Source: Octopus vulgaris
Taxonomy: Eukaryota
Length of the DNA stretch: 64,000 bases
Direction: 5' to 3'
Assembly: GCA_951406725.2 (NCBI GenBank)
Contig: OX597815.1
Span: forward strand, 211,544,001-211,608,000
The notes beneath the pieces are model-generated. The model saw only the letters and a program-made list of their open reading frames with translations, had not been told where the DNA came from and ran no database searches. This document shows, piece after piece, positions 1 to 13,980 of this stretch (positions are counted from its first letter, which is position 1; every line of letters begins with the position of its first letter). A program made the position numbers and the translations under genes.

Positions 1-5
1 GAGTG

Positions 6-755
6 TTGGTTGATGAGCATTCAGGGTGACCAATCACTAGCTAAAAGCTAGAATATGAGGAAAAAATTTATAAATTCACACACGAGAACTATCGCCAAAC
101 AATCTATCACATCTCACGTAATTTGAATAATTCATAGAGTCATCCAGGAATTTCCCATGGAAAAATCCTAAACACAGATCGCGTCATTTCGAAGATTGAT
201 AGTAGTTTTAAGCCCTCCGTACTCTTCTGAACTATTTCTCCGAGACTTAACCATTTCTCATATTACAAAAATGAAACTGAAACTACAAAGATACTACTTT
301 ACGATGGAGGCAAAATTCGATCGAAATTGCAAACGATAGTGGGTGATCTGTTAGAAGAGGTCTTAAAGGATGAATGATGCGCTGGGACCGCTGTGAACGT
401 TTCCAAGTGGCATATATTAAAATGTTGGCCGGGTATAGATATTATATGGAACACATACTAGATTAACGTTGTACAGCTTTAGGTCTAGTAGTGGGAGGTC
501 TTTAAGAAGAGAACTTCTGCCGTAATTTTTGAAGCGTGGAAGATACGCTGTGACTACTCTTTACTCTTTTAATTGTTTCAGTCCTTTGACTGTGGCCATG
601 CTGGAGCACCGCCTTTAGTCGAGTAAATCGACCCCAGGACTTATTCTTTGTAAGCCCAGTACTTATTCTATCGGTCTCTTATACCGAACCGATAAGTTAC
701 GGGGACGTAAACACACCAAGCGATGTTGGGGGGGACAAACACAGACACACAAGCG

Positions 756-807
<52 letters not shown>

Positions 808-1601
808 TGTGTGCTTGTATGTGTTTGTGTGTGTGCGTGTGTGTGCGTATACGCTTGTGTGTCTGTGTTTGTCCCCCCAACATCGCTTGGTGTGTTTACG
901 TCCCCGTAACTTATCGGTTCGGTATAAGAGACCGATAGAATAAGTACTGGGCTTACAAAGAATAAGTCCTGGGGTCGATTTACTCGACTAAAGGCGGTGC
1001 TCCAGCATGGCCACAGTCAAAGGACTGAAACAATTAAAAGAGTAAAAGAGTAGTCACAGCGTATCTTCCACGCTTCAAAAATTACGGCAGAAGTTCTCTT
1101 CTTAAAGACCTCCCACTACTAGACCTAAAGCTGTACAACGTTAATCTAGTATGTGTTCCATATAATATCTATACCCGGCCAACATTTTAATATATGCCAC
1201 TTGGAAACGTTCACAGCGGTCCCAGCGCATCATTCATCCTTTAAGACCTCTTCTAACAGATCACCCACTATCGTTTGCAATTTCGATCGAATTTTGCCTC
1301 CATCGTAAAGTAGTATCTTTGTAGTTTCAGTTTCATTTTTGTAATATGAGAAATGGTTAAGTCTCGGAGAAATAGTTCAGAAGAGTACGGAGGGCTTAAA
1401 ACTACTATCAATCTTCGAAATGACGCGATCTGTGTTTAGGATTTTTCCATGGGAAATTCCTGGATGACTCTATGAATTATTCAAATTACGTGAGATGTGA
1501 TAGATTGTTTGGCGATAGTTCTCGTGTGTGAATTTATAAATTTTTTCCTCATATTCTAGCTTTTAGCTAGTGATTGGTCACCCTGAATGCTCATCAACCA
1601 A
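6..1601. repeat. Long near-perfect inverted repeat (arms about 6-759 and 848-1601, TA/TG microsatellite spacer)
   Basis: ttggttgatgagcattcaggg at 6 is the reverse complement of ccctgaatgctcatcaaccaa ending 1601. Mirrored ORFs 668..883(-) and 723..938(+). Only 1-bp homopolymer differences noticed between arms. Confidence 0.95.
555..759 (-). mobile_element. SINE family A, 3' half (mirrored on + at about 760-1052)
   Basis: Matches the 3' half of full copies at 41884-42307 and 46168-46595, including the (GTAAAAGA)n tail. Confidence 0.85.
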
Positions 1602-1619
1602 GGAGTGGCTGTGTGGTAA

Positions 1620-1780
1620 GTACACATAGGCGTAGGAGTGGCTGTGTGGTAAGTAGCTTGCTTACCAGCCACATGGTTCCGAGTTCAGTCCCACTGCATG
1701 GTACCTTTGGCAAGTGTCTTCTTTGGCCGACCAAAGCCTTCTGAGTGGATTTGGTAGACGGAAACTGAAAGAAGCCCGTC

Positions 1781-1814
<34 letters not shown>

Positions 1815-1999
1815 GACGTCGTATATATATATATATACGACGGGCTTCTTTCAGTTTCCGTCTACCAAATCCACTCAGAAGGCTTTGGTCGGCCAAAGAA
1901 GACACTTGCCAAAGGTACCATGCAGTGGGACTGAACTCGGAACCATGTGGCTGGTAAGCAAGCTACTTACCACACAGCCACTCCTACGCCTATGTGTAC
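1620..1999. repeat. Second inverted repeat made of two SINE A heads (1629-1782 +, 1836-1990 -) around (TA)n-CGACGTCG-(TA)n
   Basis: gtacacataggcgtaggagtgg... pairs with ...ccactcctacgcctatgtgtac. A box TGGCTGTGTGG and B-box-like GAGTTCAGTCCC in each head. Confidence 0.92.
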
Positions 2000-2202
2000 G
2001 TTTCCATGAGATATATATTAAAAAGGAGTGTTGCTCGAGTATACATAATAGATGGAATACATATTAGAGCAATGCTGTACTTCTTTAGGTTTGATAGAAA
2101 AATCTTCTGATAACGCTTTCTGTACTGTATTCAATTCAGTTGACTCCACACTAATCGATTTTTTTCTTAATAAACAAAAGCCTATTTTATATTTTTTTAA
2201 TT

Positions 2203-2672
2203 TTTTACTTCTGTCAGTCTTTCTACTGCGTCCATGGTGGGATAACGCCTTCAATGGTTTATTAGAAGGAATCGATCCCACTACTTATTTTTAGGGACTG
2301 GCACTTGGTCTATCAGCTCTTTTTGCCGAAACGCTAAGTTACCGAGACGTAAACTAATCAACGACGGTTATCAAGCAATGGCGGGGGAATAAGCACAAAG
2401 ATATACTTAGAGATATATAAATATATACACACACATACATATGTGTGTGTGTGTGTGTGTGTATGTGTGTATGTGTGTGTGCATTGTGTACATATATTTA
2501 TATATATACGACAAGCTTCTGCAGAGTTTCTGTCTACAAAATCCACTCACCAGGCTTTGATCAACCTGGGGCTGTAGTAGAAGGCACTTGTCCAAGATTC
2601 CGCAAAGTGGCACAGAACCGAAGGTTGAATAGTTGCGAAACAAGCTTCTTAACCACGCAGTCACGCGTGCGA
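2203..2672 (-). mobile_element. SINE family A, diverged copy
   Basis: Degenerate similarity (tttctgtctacaaaatccactcac, gccgaaacgctaagttac) with the internal TA/TG tract. Confidence 0.7.
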
Positions 2673-2828
2673 CCTTTTTTTAAAAATTTCTTTATTCACT
2701 GTCAAAGGAACTGGGTCTTTGATATTTGCAGGTCTTTCTAAATGAGTCATAGCAACAGAGACGATGTGCAACTTGAACTTCTATTAGTTGATAAAAGTAA
2801 AATTTAGATACGAAAGGAGATTCACCCG

Positions 2829-2888
<60 letters not shown>

Positions 2889-2889
<1 letters not shown>

Positions 2890-3687
2890 TTTGTTTGATT
2901 TTTGCTTTATGTCTGTACAAGTTGGCTCCAAGTCTCACCCAGAGACCTCAAGAGACAACAGGTTGGAAGTTCACGTTGTTATTATGCCTAGTGTGCCATA
3001 TATTTGGGTTTAGTTTTTGGTGTTGTACTAGTGAATGTCTAATACATAAATTTAAAAAAAAAAGTTTGTTTTAAACCTTGGGATTACATAGAGAGTATTT
3101 TGCGTAGGATATGAGCAGTTCCCATGAGCACTATCTTTTGAATTTCTGCCATTTTGGGGTTTCCTGGTATCTGAGTTAGGTAGCAATCAGCCCCTTTCGC
3201 TATCATTCCCAGAGCACCTATGACAACAGGTATTGTTTTAGTCTTCAGGTTCCACATTTTGCTGATTTCTATTTCAAGATCTTTATATTTGCTAAGTTTT
3301 TGGTAGGTCTTGACAGATATGTTTATATCGATTGGGACAGTCATATCAATGAGGAGGCATGTTCTTTGTCTGAAGTCTTTCAATATGATGTCTGGCCTAT
3401 TTGCATCTATCTTTCTGTCAGTTTGAATGGTGAAGTTCCAGAGGAGTGAGATGTGGTCATTTTCAAGCACTGGAGGTGGTTTGTGTTCCCACTAGTTTTT
3501 TTCATGGGGCAAATCCAGGTTTTTGCAAATTACCCAGTGAATATATTTTGCAGTTCTATCATGCCTGTTGAGTTACTCTGTAGGCGCTAGGAGACTGCAT
3601 TTGGAGACATGATCAATGGTTTCATTTTGTTGTCGGCATACACGACATGTTGGGCTACTGCCGTTCTTTAATATGTTGGCCTGGTAG
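2889..3687 (-). mobile_element. 5'-truncated R2-group (Dong/R4-like) non-LTR retrotransposon: zinc knuckle, restriction-like endonuclease and 3'UTR
   Basis: Translation gives CRVC..ETIDH..KC, RHD, NRPDII, LLIDMTVP, KLSKY, PVVIGALG (RLE motifs), with in-frame stops. Flanked by (TAA)n at 2830-2888 and 3688-3748, the known Dong target. Confidence 0.88.
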
Positions 3688-3749
<62 letters not shown>

Positions 3750-3797
3750 CTGGATCAAAGCACCCAAGATGCCTACTAAAATCTACAAGAACTCATT

Positions 3798-3838
<41 letters not shown>

Positions 3839-4096
3839 TATTATTATTATTATTATTATTATTGGTTTTTCTAAATCCATTAAAGGAAGGGAAGCTGCTA
3901 GAAAATTTACTTTAATATTATGATAAGCTTTATTTTTATAGCTGTGTTTGAATAACAGGTTTGTACATTAATATCGTGAAAAGAAGGAAAAAAAGAAAAA
4001 AAGAAAAAAAACTGCAACCACCCCAGTGTAACAGGTAAATATGCAATGTTCTGGCTTTTTCCGATTTTTCCTTCTTTTCCCATAACATTTTACTCT

Positions 4097-4144
<48 letters not shown>

Positions 4145-4303
4145 CTCTTACTTTCTTTGTATTTATATTTGTGACATTTGTCCATGTCTCTGTCTCGATA
4201 ATCAATACATGAACTCTGTCAAGGTCAGATACACCCTATTCAAGTAATAATATAATCATATCCAGTCGCATGCACACGTGCGTATATACGCATATGCATA
4301 TAG

Positions 4304-4378
<75 letters not shown>

Positions 4379-4572
4379 TATACACACACACATATATATA
4401 TATATATATACCTCTCTCTTTCTCTCTAGCTCTCTCACTCTCCCTAGCTCTCTCCCTCTCTCTAGCTCTCTCTCACTCTCTTTAGCTCTCTCACTCTCAA
4501 ACATTTACACGCATGTATGCATACACATGTATAAACAAACACACACACACGCACACACACATACACACGCAT

Positions 4573-4603
<31 letters not shown>

Positions 4604-5128
4604 GGCATGTATTTACTTAGACTACGATTTTCCAGAGCGCGGAGGTCAGAAGCAGGATTAAAAATCATAAAGTAAATTTAATACTGAAATATGCTAAAGA
4701 AGCGGATCCTAAGCAGATGCACACACTTTCACACTTTCTGACACATATACACAAACAAGCGTACACATACGGACACATACGGACACAGAGGCTCACTTAT
4801 TCATTCACACATTCAGGCTCTCTCACATACATACAGAAGAAGCTAGACTTAAAATCATATGTTTAAAAACTATTTCCTATATTCCGATTCCCTCTATGCT
4901 ATGAATTCGTACGAAATAACTACCTTGCGCCAAACACTTAAATGCAATTAACCACTTCTCGAAATTGAGCAATAAGTCATACGGTGTTTTTCACAAGTTT
5001 GCACAATTTTAATTGATACAAAAAGAAAAAAAGGAAAAAAAAATTAAATTTGATAATTTTATTTCACCCAATTTTATTTTACGTATCCTCCTTTTTCCTT
5101 AACATATAAGCCTAAATGACACAGAATA

Positions 5129-5185
<57 letters not shown>

Positions 5186-5194
5186 CAGATAGAC

Positions 5195-5248
<54 letters not shown>

Positions 5249-5284
5249 GAATATAATTCGCGAAAGAAGAGAAAAAAAGAGAGG

Positions 5285-5326
<42 letters not shown>

Positions 5327-6688
5327 ATATTGTTCCAAGATTTCTTAGTCTTATGAGAAGAATGAAAAAAAGTTGGTAGTGGTGGGGAGAAATAGGCACA
5401 GATCTTTTTTGCTTGGCCAATCTGTGAATTACTGCGAGTGGTTCATACGTACTTTTAGGCACTAAAAAAAGAAAAAAACTTTGAAATTAATTTCCCATAA
5501 CATTGTCATCAAAATTCGTTTCGCGAAAGAAAAAAAAAACAAAAAGTAGAAAAATGAAACAGGAATTGTTGCTGAAATTCTAAATTATATTTGAAAGTTT
5601 GGTATACTAAATGATAGTCATCAATTAAGCAGTCTTTAAAATACTTTTAAAACTAATTCAATGAGAAACGTTTTTCTTTTCTTTTCCTTTTTTTTTGTTT
5701 TTTTTTTTTGCTTCAGGAATATATACTCACACTGACTGTTCAAGCGCTCAAACAATCATCTTGAATACACATACATACACATACACACATACACACATAC
5801 ACACATTTACACGCACACACACACATTCACATGCACTCACACACACACACACATTCGCACGCGCACGCACACACACATACACATATTTACACGCACACAC
5901 ACACACATTCACACATTCACACACACACACACATTCGTACGCACGCACACGCACACATTCGCACGCAGGCCCATGCACGCACATACACACTTACGCAAGA
6001 ACAGTCACACAAACATAAATACCTACACACACACTCACGTTTCTCAGTTTTTCTAATTTGTCTCTTCCTAAACTTCTTTTTCCTCCTCTTGTTCTTCTTC
6101 TTTCTTTCTCTCCTTTTTCTTCTTATCCTTCTTCTGCTTCTTCATCATCTTCTTGCCATCCTCCTCTTTCCTTTTCTTCTCGTTCTTCCTTCTTTCTTCC
6201 TTCCTTCTTTCTTTATCTTTTTCTTCTTCGTCTTCTTGTTCAGTATCATTAAGAAGAAGGATTATGGAAACTCGAAGAAATAATTTTCATTGTATTTTAT
6301 TTCTCTATTAGAAGATGCGCAGATTTTTCTGAAGAACTCTTGAAGTAAATTAAATTACGGCCATTGACTTTCACTAAGTTTTTTTTCTTACCAATTAAGA
6401 TACATTTGTCTTAATAATAAATATAGAATTTTTAAATAAATATGGAAATTAAAATTAATTCTCATACATATATGCCTACAAGCATACATACATGCATCTC
6501 TGCATGCATACTTTTATACCTATTCATATCTCTACATATATATATACACACACACTTACTCATGCATTCATATTTTCTCTTTCTTTCAAAGATACACACA
6601 CACACACATATATATATATATACATATACATATTCATAAATATATATATATATTTGCAAATATAGTGTATATGTGTGTGTATATGAGT

Positions 6689-6728
<40 letters not shown>

Positions 6729-6760
6729 CACATATATATTTATATGTGCGTGATATAATA

Positions 6761-6801
<41 letters not shown>

Positions 6802-6903
6802 CACATATATATTTATATGTGCGTGATATAATATATATATATTATATATATATATTAATATATATTATATATATATATATTATATATATATATTAATATA
6901 TAT

Positions 6904-6980
<77 letters not shown>

Positions 6981-7020
6981 CATATCTGCATATGTGTGTG
7001 TGCGTGTGTTTCTGTTTGTG

Positions 7021-7105
<85 letters not shown>

Positions 7106-7445
7106 GCATCACACGCACACATCACATACATATACGCATATACGTATCACATATCATATACCTTTGCATTTCCGCATTTGCATGCATATATATAAGCCTT
7201 CAAAGAATAATAAGGGAAAGGTCGGTGGAAACACGTCAGCAGGCAATCTACATCGACTGGAACCAATGCAGACAGATGAAAATGAAGATGTATGTATATT
7301 TCATCTGTGAGGTGCGAGTAATACCCGTATGAAATGCGAATGATCGCCAGGTTAATTTTCACTTCTTTGGTAATTCAATCGACTGGAAGCAGGCGTGGAA
7401 AACAAAACTTATTAGTTTCGTGTTATAAATAAAATGAACTCATAT

Positions 7446-7534
<89 letters not shown>

Positions 7535-8439
7535 ATACATTTCTAATACTATATTGCGTTATCATTTTAGGCGTTTTTCGTACCTTTAAATGATATGGTT
7601 AAGTCACTAAAACGACTCCATTTTACAATCCGATCAGATAAATAAACTAACTAAACTTGTTTGAAGTGCAACATAAATCCTATTCGTGTATACGTAAATA
7701 ACAACTACTAAAGCATTAATATTGTTTTTGATTTTTAGCTTTAGAAATACATAATACTACTTAATACCTTCTCTATCTCTTCCGCTAATGTTACGCGAAG
7801 AAAAGAGTTTTATTTTAAAATGATTTGCTGATACATTATATAAAATATTGAAGTAGCATTTAGTACAGATATATCACAGAGAAAACTGTTTCGGTTTTTA
7901 ATAGACTGCAAACTATTATCAGCCTTAGATTTATAGAGACAAATTTTATTCACATGTTGCTTTCTAAGGCATAATCTAGTCATATATCTTAATTCATACT
8001 CTTTCAACTAAGGTTTCATGTAAATTTGTGGTTTTATCGTTAGTTAATACATTCGATATTAAAGTCTTTTTGATATGATTCGTATTTTTAATGACACACG
8101 ACGAGCAAGATTATACGATATTACCATAAGTTTGTAATTCCTTTAACAAAGGGTGTTCTATCAGCATGCTTAAATAATTCCTAACTTTTGTTTCACTTTC
8201 ACGTGATCAAGCACTTCTTTCAACTGAATATCCCGTTCACTTGTCTTAATAACATTTTCTGTTCCTCGACATTTAGGTCCAGACATTGCCATATGGTTTA
8301 AAGTTCCATTTGCAATCAAGTAGTTTCGAATTCTTCCCCATTGCACGGCATCTTAGACAACTACCTCCAGCCACAGCTTCATATTAACTCAAGTCTGGCG
8401 AATAAAATTGATTTGATGGAAACTGCAGGGAAATTAGCC

Positions 8440-9360
8440 AAGTGGGCTGAACCACGTATTTGTTGCCAGGCCTATTCAAATGCCCGACTTAACACCATCA
8501 TGTTAGAGTCCACTCTGTTGTAAGCTTTCAGAGTAGGTCTCCGAACTGAAGATAATTTGATCTTGTATTAAACTGATCCGAACTGCAGCCAACTATGATC
8601 AGTGATCTCTTCCTTTAAACCAGTCTCCAGACCCCTAAAGATTTCATAAGTGCTGTCAAGCCTCCTTACCAATAAAAGAAAAATGCCACACACATCTCCA
8701 AAATACCTGACTACTCTCTGCCTCTCCGGCTTGTTTTCTTAGGTTTTGAATTTCCTAAAAGCTCACAAGGATTATGATCCATAAGAGCTTTTTAAGGTAT
8801 CATCTACGAAATTTGCAACAACACGAGATATATATGTTGTTCCTGTATAAATACTTAACTTTTTCCTTTATTTCCAGTATTATTCATTTACCCAGTGTGG
8901 TTTTTGTTACTCAAAATATATTTATTGTTCTTTCTTCCTAGATCTCCATGCTACATTTTGAACCATCAAGAATACCTTTCTCATGATTGTTCTAGTGAGT
9001 ATACTTATCAAAAATTAGTTCCTTGCTCTTTTTCTTCTCCACCTCCTCTCTCTCTCTCTTTCCTTCTCTCTCCCTCTCTGGTTGTATAAGCGACAAACAT
9101 CTGATACTATCTACACCGTTCCCAACTTTTTAGCAGCTCTGGTTTCTAACAATTGTTGCTGCATGCCACAATGCAATCTGTTTTCCAGAAATCCCTTTTA
9201 CCATTCAACAATATTGTAATATATCTGAGGTATTTACAGCACCCTCCCCCTCCCGCTTCTTTTCTTCATTTGATGTCACTTCCATGAGTGATTATTCTCC
9301 AGCCAGTTCTTCGTCGTCTTTTAGGTTTTTCTATAAATTTTTCTATAAATCTTTTGACAA
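8440..9360 (-). pseudogene. Highly decayed LINE (RTE-like) reverse transcriptase fragment
   Basis: Minus-strand peptides CGIFLL (cf. RGISLL), DQIIF and KAYNRVD (cf. KAFDRV). Many stops and frameshifts. Confidence 0.3.
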
Positions 9361-9824
9361 TGAAAATGATTAAAAACAAAAATTCTGCTATTCTTGTCTG
9401 TTTTTTTTTTAAATAGTTTCTGTTACGTTTTAAGATTTTAAGCTAAATTTTCTACAATTTTCTACAATTTGGTAACCATACACATTACATCAAAATCCGC
9501 TATTACCAAGGTTTCAAGACCAAGACAATTTTGATATTTTGTAAGGTTTTTCTTCGAGTAACATTCATTTAGGGTCTCTTCAAAATTACAATTTCGCAGA
9601 GGAAAACGAGGATTAAGAAGTCAAATGAAAAATATACATGTAGAGAAAAATTGAAAAAGTTGGGGTGCTTTTCCTTAAATGAAGTGAATATTGCTATTTC
9701 ATTAAGGATGGTAGGAAGTAATTTGACGTCTTCGAAGTGAATGGCTGAGCAATATTCTTATGAGTAAGAGAAGAGGAAATAGAAATAATTATTAGAAGGA
9801 AACTTGCGAATATGCGTGCACACA

Positions 9825-9856
<32 letters not shown>

Positions 9857-10277
9857 TTTATATATATATACATATTCACGTGTGCGTGCGTTTAAATAAT
9901 TACATGTAAACAGGAGGGAGGAATTAGAGTATGCAATATCGAAAGCAGTAATATATATCTCATAGGGAATTGAGGCTTCACAAATCATTACTCCGAGTCT
10001 TTCGTTTCCGATAGTTGGAGGATTATGAAAAATGGAGAAGAAATATGTAATAGTCATATACAAGGTGAATGGAAAGTAACTGGGCATTGGAAGTTGCTTA
10101 TAGAATTTTTAGCATCACCGAAGTCAGGACAAAAACATTTTTTAAACAGGCAACACTAATGTGGATTTTTTAATTTTCTTATTGTCTTATTTGTTATTTC
10201 GTATTTTCTAGGTGGCCGGTTGCTTGACTGCTCAGGAGCAAGTTAAGATAGCAGCACCCTATGAAGTGTGGAAGCTA

Positions 10278-11489
10278 TCAGGTCATCCTATAAGTTCTGT
10301 CCGATTTTACCTTTTTTAAAAGTGAATGAAATTTAATAGTATTTTAGAATGTCTAAAGGAATTAAAAATTATCTTTATGCATTTGTGTACATTTAAAATA
10401 ATTAAATATTATTTTACAGAATAATAGAATTAAAATTTATTTGATTAAAACCCTTTCTAACATGGAAGTATCCAAAGAGAATTTGAGGCACATAATTCTT
10501 TATGAGTACAAAAAAGGAAACTCTGTTGTCGAAGCGACTCGAAACATACACTCAGTTTATGGGAAAGAATGCTTGAATGAAAGAACTTGCAGAAGATGGT
10601 TTGCAAAATTCAGAAGTGGAGATTTCAGCCTTGAAGGTGAAGATCGAACAGGACGTCTAGTTGAGTTTCATGATAAGCTCCTTGAGGCATTACTTGAAGA
10701 AAATCCTCCATTATCAGTCGAAGAATTAGCAACAAAGCTTAGTTCAAACCATACAACTGTTCATCGTCATCTTCAACAACTTGGAACGGTTCATAAACCT
10801 GGAAAATGGGTGCCTAATGAATTGTCCGAAAGCAACTGCAAATCCCGAGGTGACATCTGCTCTTCTCTCCATTCTCGCGAACTCATTTCACCTTCTATCG
10901 AAATGCTAAACGTCGTAAACAGTGGCTTGGTAAAAGGGAAAAAGCTCAACCACAACCGAGAAGGGAATTTCATGAGAAAAAGTTCTTCTCTCTTTCTGGT
11001 GGGATTGCAAAGAAGTAATTCACTTTGAATTGTTGCCACCTAATGCAAGAATCAATGATCAAGTCAACTGTCAGCAATTAGAGCGTTTGAACCAAGTTTT
11101 GAAGGAAAAAAGACCCGCTTTAGTGAATCGAAAAGGAGTGATGTTTCATCAGGACAATGCAAAGATCACATCACAGAAGATCGGTTGGGAAAAAATTCCT
11201 CATCCACCTTACTCTTCCGACATCGCTCCTTCAGACTACCATTTGTTTCGTAGTTTTTCAGTATCCTTTGGGGGACATAACTTTCGCAAGCCAGGAAGAG
11301 GTCGAAACTGACACTTCCGAGTTCTTCGCTTTGAAGCCAAAAGAGTTTTACATTGATGGGATAGAAAAAGCTTGTAAATAGATGGAAGGAAGTCATAGAT
11401 AATCAGGGAAAGTACATTAATGATTAAATTTCAGTTAAATATAACATTTGATCACTTGTTTTCTTTATTCACAATTCGGACAGTCCTGA
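10278..11489 (+). mobile_element. Mariner (Tc1/mariner) transposon, decayed transposase
   Basis: ORFs 10441-11028 and 11030-11311 with HTH, WVPNEL, FHQDNA, HPPYSSDIAPSDYHLF. Left TIR tcaggtcatcctataagttctgtccga, right TIR partly deleted (tcggacag..cctga), TA on both sides. Confidence 0.93.
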
Positions 11490-12227
11490 TAAAATGGAGT
11501 AAAAAAATTATTTCACAGAGCAATGTCCCGGAGATTATCGGTTGGGACGCATGTTGTTAAAAAGCTAATATCAAAATTCGGTAACAACCCAACGTATAGG
11601 AATTTTTTTTAAAGCGGTGAGATTACTGAGATAAGATTAAGAACTTTTCTGTTTAGTCCAGTCTATATCTCAAGTTGAAACTAAGTGGACCGTGAGTATA
11701 TGTTCAACGTGTTCTGGATTACTTCAGTTGATTTTAAATATGATAGGCTTTCTTTATTTTTAAAGCTAAATATACTTGGATAAGCTGGCAGTAAATGTTT
11801 ATGTCATCTGAAACAAGAGACCTACTGGTAAAATCGTATCTGGAATTATTTTCAGCCACAAGATATAGCTTAAGTGTCCAATCGCTGTTTAGCACCATAA
11901 ATTGAAGCTTTTGAAAAACAATTTAGTATGACCCTTTCTAACTCGGTCTAATTTATTGCGTAAGTAATATTTTACACATGTCCAATATATCAACTCCAGT
12001 AATTTCGTATATTTCAACCCCTTCATATATATGTCTCCATGCCAACATCTATTTAATCGTCTCCACCTGTTTTTCTTTTCTTTTTTATCCGGGATAAGTT
12101 TATTCAGAAGTCAGACTCACTGCTTGAAACTATGGTGATAGAATGCACTAAAATATTTTATTATAGGACAGTATTCCGTGTATAAATGGATAAACTTACA
12201 CACTTGCTCTTCACTAATATTACAAAC

Positions 12228-12425
12228 ATTGGTTTTATATTTTGGTACAAGGTCAGCAATTTCTGGGCAAGAGAAAAATCGTTTACTCTGACCCCCAATG
12301 CTCGATTGGTACTTATTTTATCGACCCCGAAAGGATGAAAAGTAAAGTCGACTCGGAATAAAGACGGACGAAATGCCACTAAGAATTTTGCCCAATGTGT
12401 TAACGAATCTGCTAACTCATCACCC
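12228..12425 (-). mobile_element. SINE family B, diverged
   Basis: Contains ggtacttattttatcgaccccgaaaggatgaaa...gtcgac core shared with other B copies. Confidence 0.75.
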
Positions 12426-13427
12426 AACTAATACGACTAATGCTTTTGTTCACCAACAGGAGGAACACCACATTTTTTTCTGAGAATAATTGAACCACGG
12501 TATATTCGTTTCTCTGCTTTCAGTTTCTGCGAGATATATTAGTCTGCACTTAGGGTGACTAGAACCACCAGCTTTGCGATCTTTAAGAGTATTAACTCAT
12601 GTTCGCGTGGCTAAACATTTATTCTATCGTCTGTATTGAAGATAAAGGCGTTTTCTTTACTCTTTAAACGCAGGAAGTTTTATATGCGTTGGTGCCAGAT
12701 ATTTTGCTAATAATATTCATGTTATTAGATAACAGCCGATTATCTGTGTTTTTGTCAATGCAATAAAGATTTTTACTCTTGCCTAACTTATATGAATTTT
12801 CGAAATTCCATCAAAATTCCAAGTTTTTGTTTAAAAAGCTCTGAGAGAGGCTCTCGCAGGCTTTCTAGAATCTTGCATTTTTATGGGATTGGAAAATAAT
12901 GTTCCGAATTGTTCGTGGGATTTTTTTTTTTTTTTTTGCTTAGAAACGGGAAACGTCAGACTTGACTACATAAGATCCAGATGTGTTATTGTCAAAAAAG
13001 TAGACACACCATTTTATTATACTTATAAAGTCTTCAGATTTCTCGATTAGGTACTTGAGGCATTTTTAAGAAAAATATAATTGCAATGTTTTTAGTGTAA
13101 ATAGTTAATATGTTCTTTTTCATATGTAGATAGTTATCAGTTTGTGTAAAAAAAAAGAAGCAATATGATATTGTATGTGTGCGTGCGTATGCGATTATAT
13201 ACGAGTAAAACTTCGATATAAATAAAAAGATAGAAGAGTCCTTAGTGGCGACAGCAGTTCTTTATGGACTATTAAAAACTGAAACAGTCTCAATATGTTA
13301 TGTAAATTTATGTAATGTATTTTGTTGGGAGTGGAAACAAAGTTAATCAACTTCGTAAAAATCTCTTATGAATTGTTAGCAATTATACTCTTGATTCAAT
13401 TACACTCGAGAATTTAAAAGCGTAGTA

Positions 13428-13660
13428 TCTGTTTCTTTATTACCCACAAGGGGCTAAACACAGTGGGCACAAACAAGGACAAACAAACGGATTAAGTCGA
13501 TTATATCGACTCCAGTGCATAACTGGTACTTAATTTATCGACCCCGAAAGGATAAAAGGCAAAGTCGACCTCGGCGGAATTTGAACTCAGAACGTAACGG
13601 CAGACGAAATACGGCTACGCATTTCGCCTGGCGTGCTAACGGTTCTACCAGCTCGCCGCC
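13428..13660 (-). mobile_element. SINE family B (tRNA-like head GGCGAGCTGGTAGA...GAGTTCAAATTCC)
   Basis: Near-identical to 16525-16767, 21660-21890 and 26744-26972. Confidence 0.88.
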
Positions 13661-13811
13661 GTGAGAGAAAGTTGGGGCGAAAGAGTACAACAGGGGTCGC
13701 CCCCACCGCCACCGGAGCCACGTGGAGCTTTAGGCGTTTTTGCTCAATAAACACACATACAACGCCTGGTCTGGGAATCGAAACCGCGATCCTAACCACT
13801 GAACCATTGCG
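13661..13811 (-). mobile_element. SINE family C, partial 5' part
   Basis: Reverse complement resembles 13981-14155 (ggtttcgattcccagacc..gcgttg..gtgtttattgagc). Confidence 0.75.
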
Positions 13812-13980
13812 AAATATCCTTTATATTTTGTGTATGTGTTTGTAAAAGAATGATTAGTGACAAACAACAGTAAATTTACTTCACCCTTCCATAAATAAAG
13901 CTTTTCTCAATGCTCTAATCTTTACGAACACCAACATTCTAATAAGTGAACGTTGCATCAAGTTAATTGTGCATGCAAGG

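Noticed and set aside
3573-7332. Many ORFs rich in YI/HT/CV/LS runs (also elsewhere in the window)
   Set aside because: Translations of (TA)n, (CA)n, (GA)n, (GATA)n and (TAA)n microsatellites.
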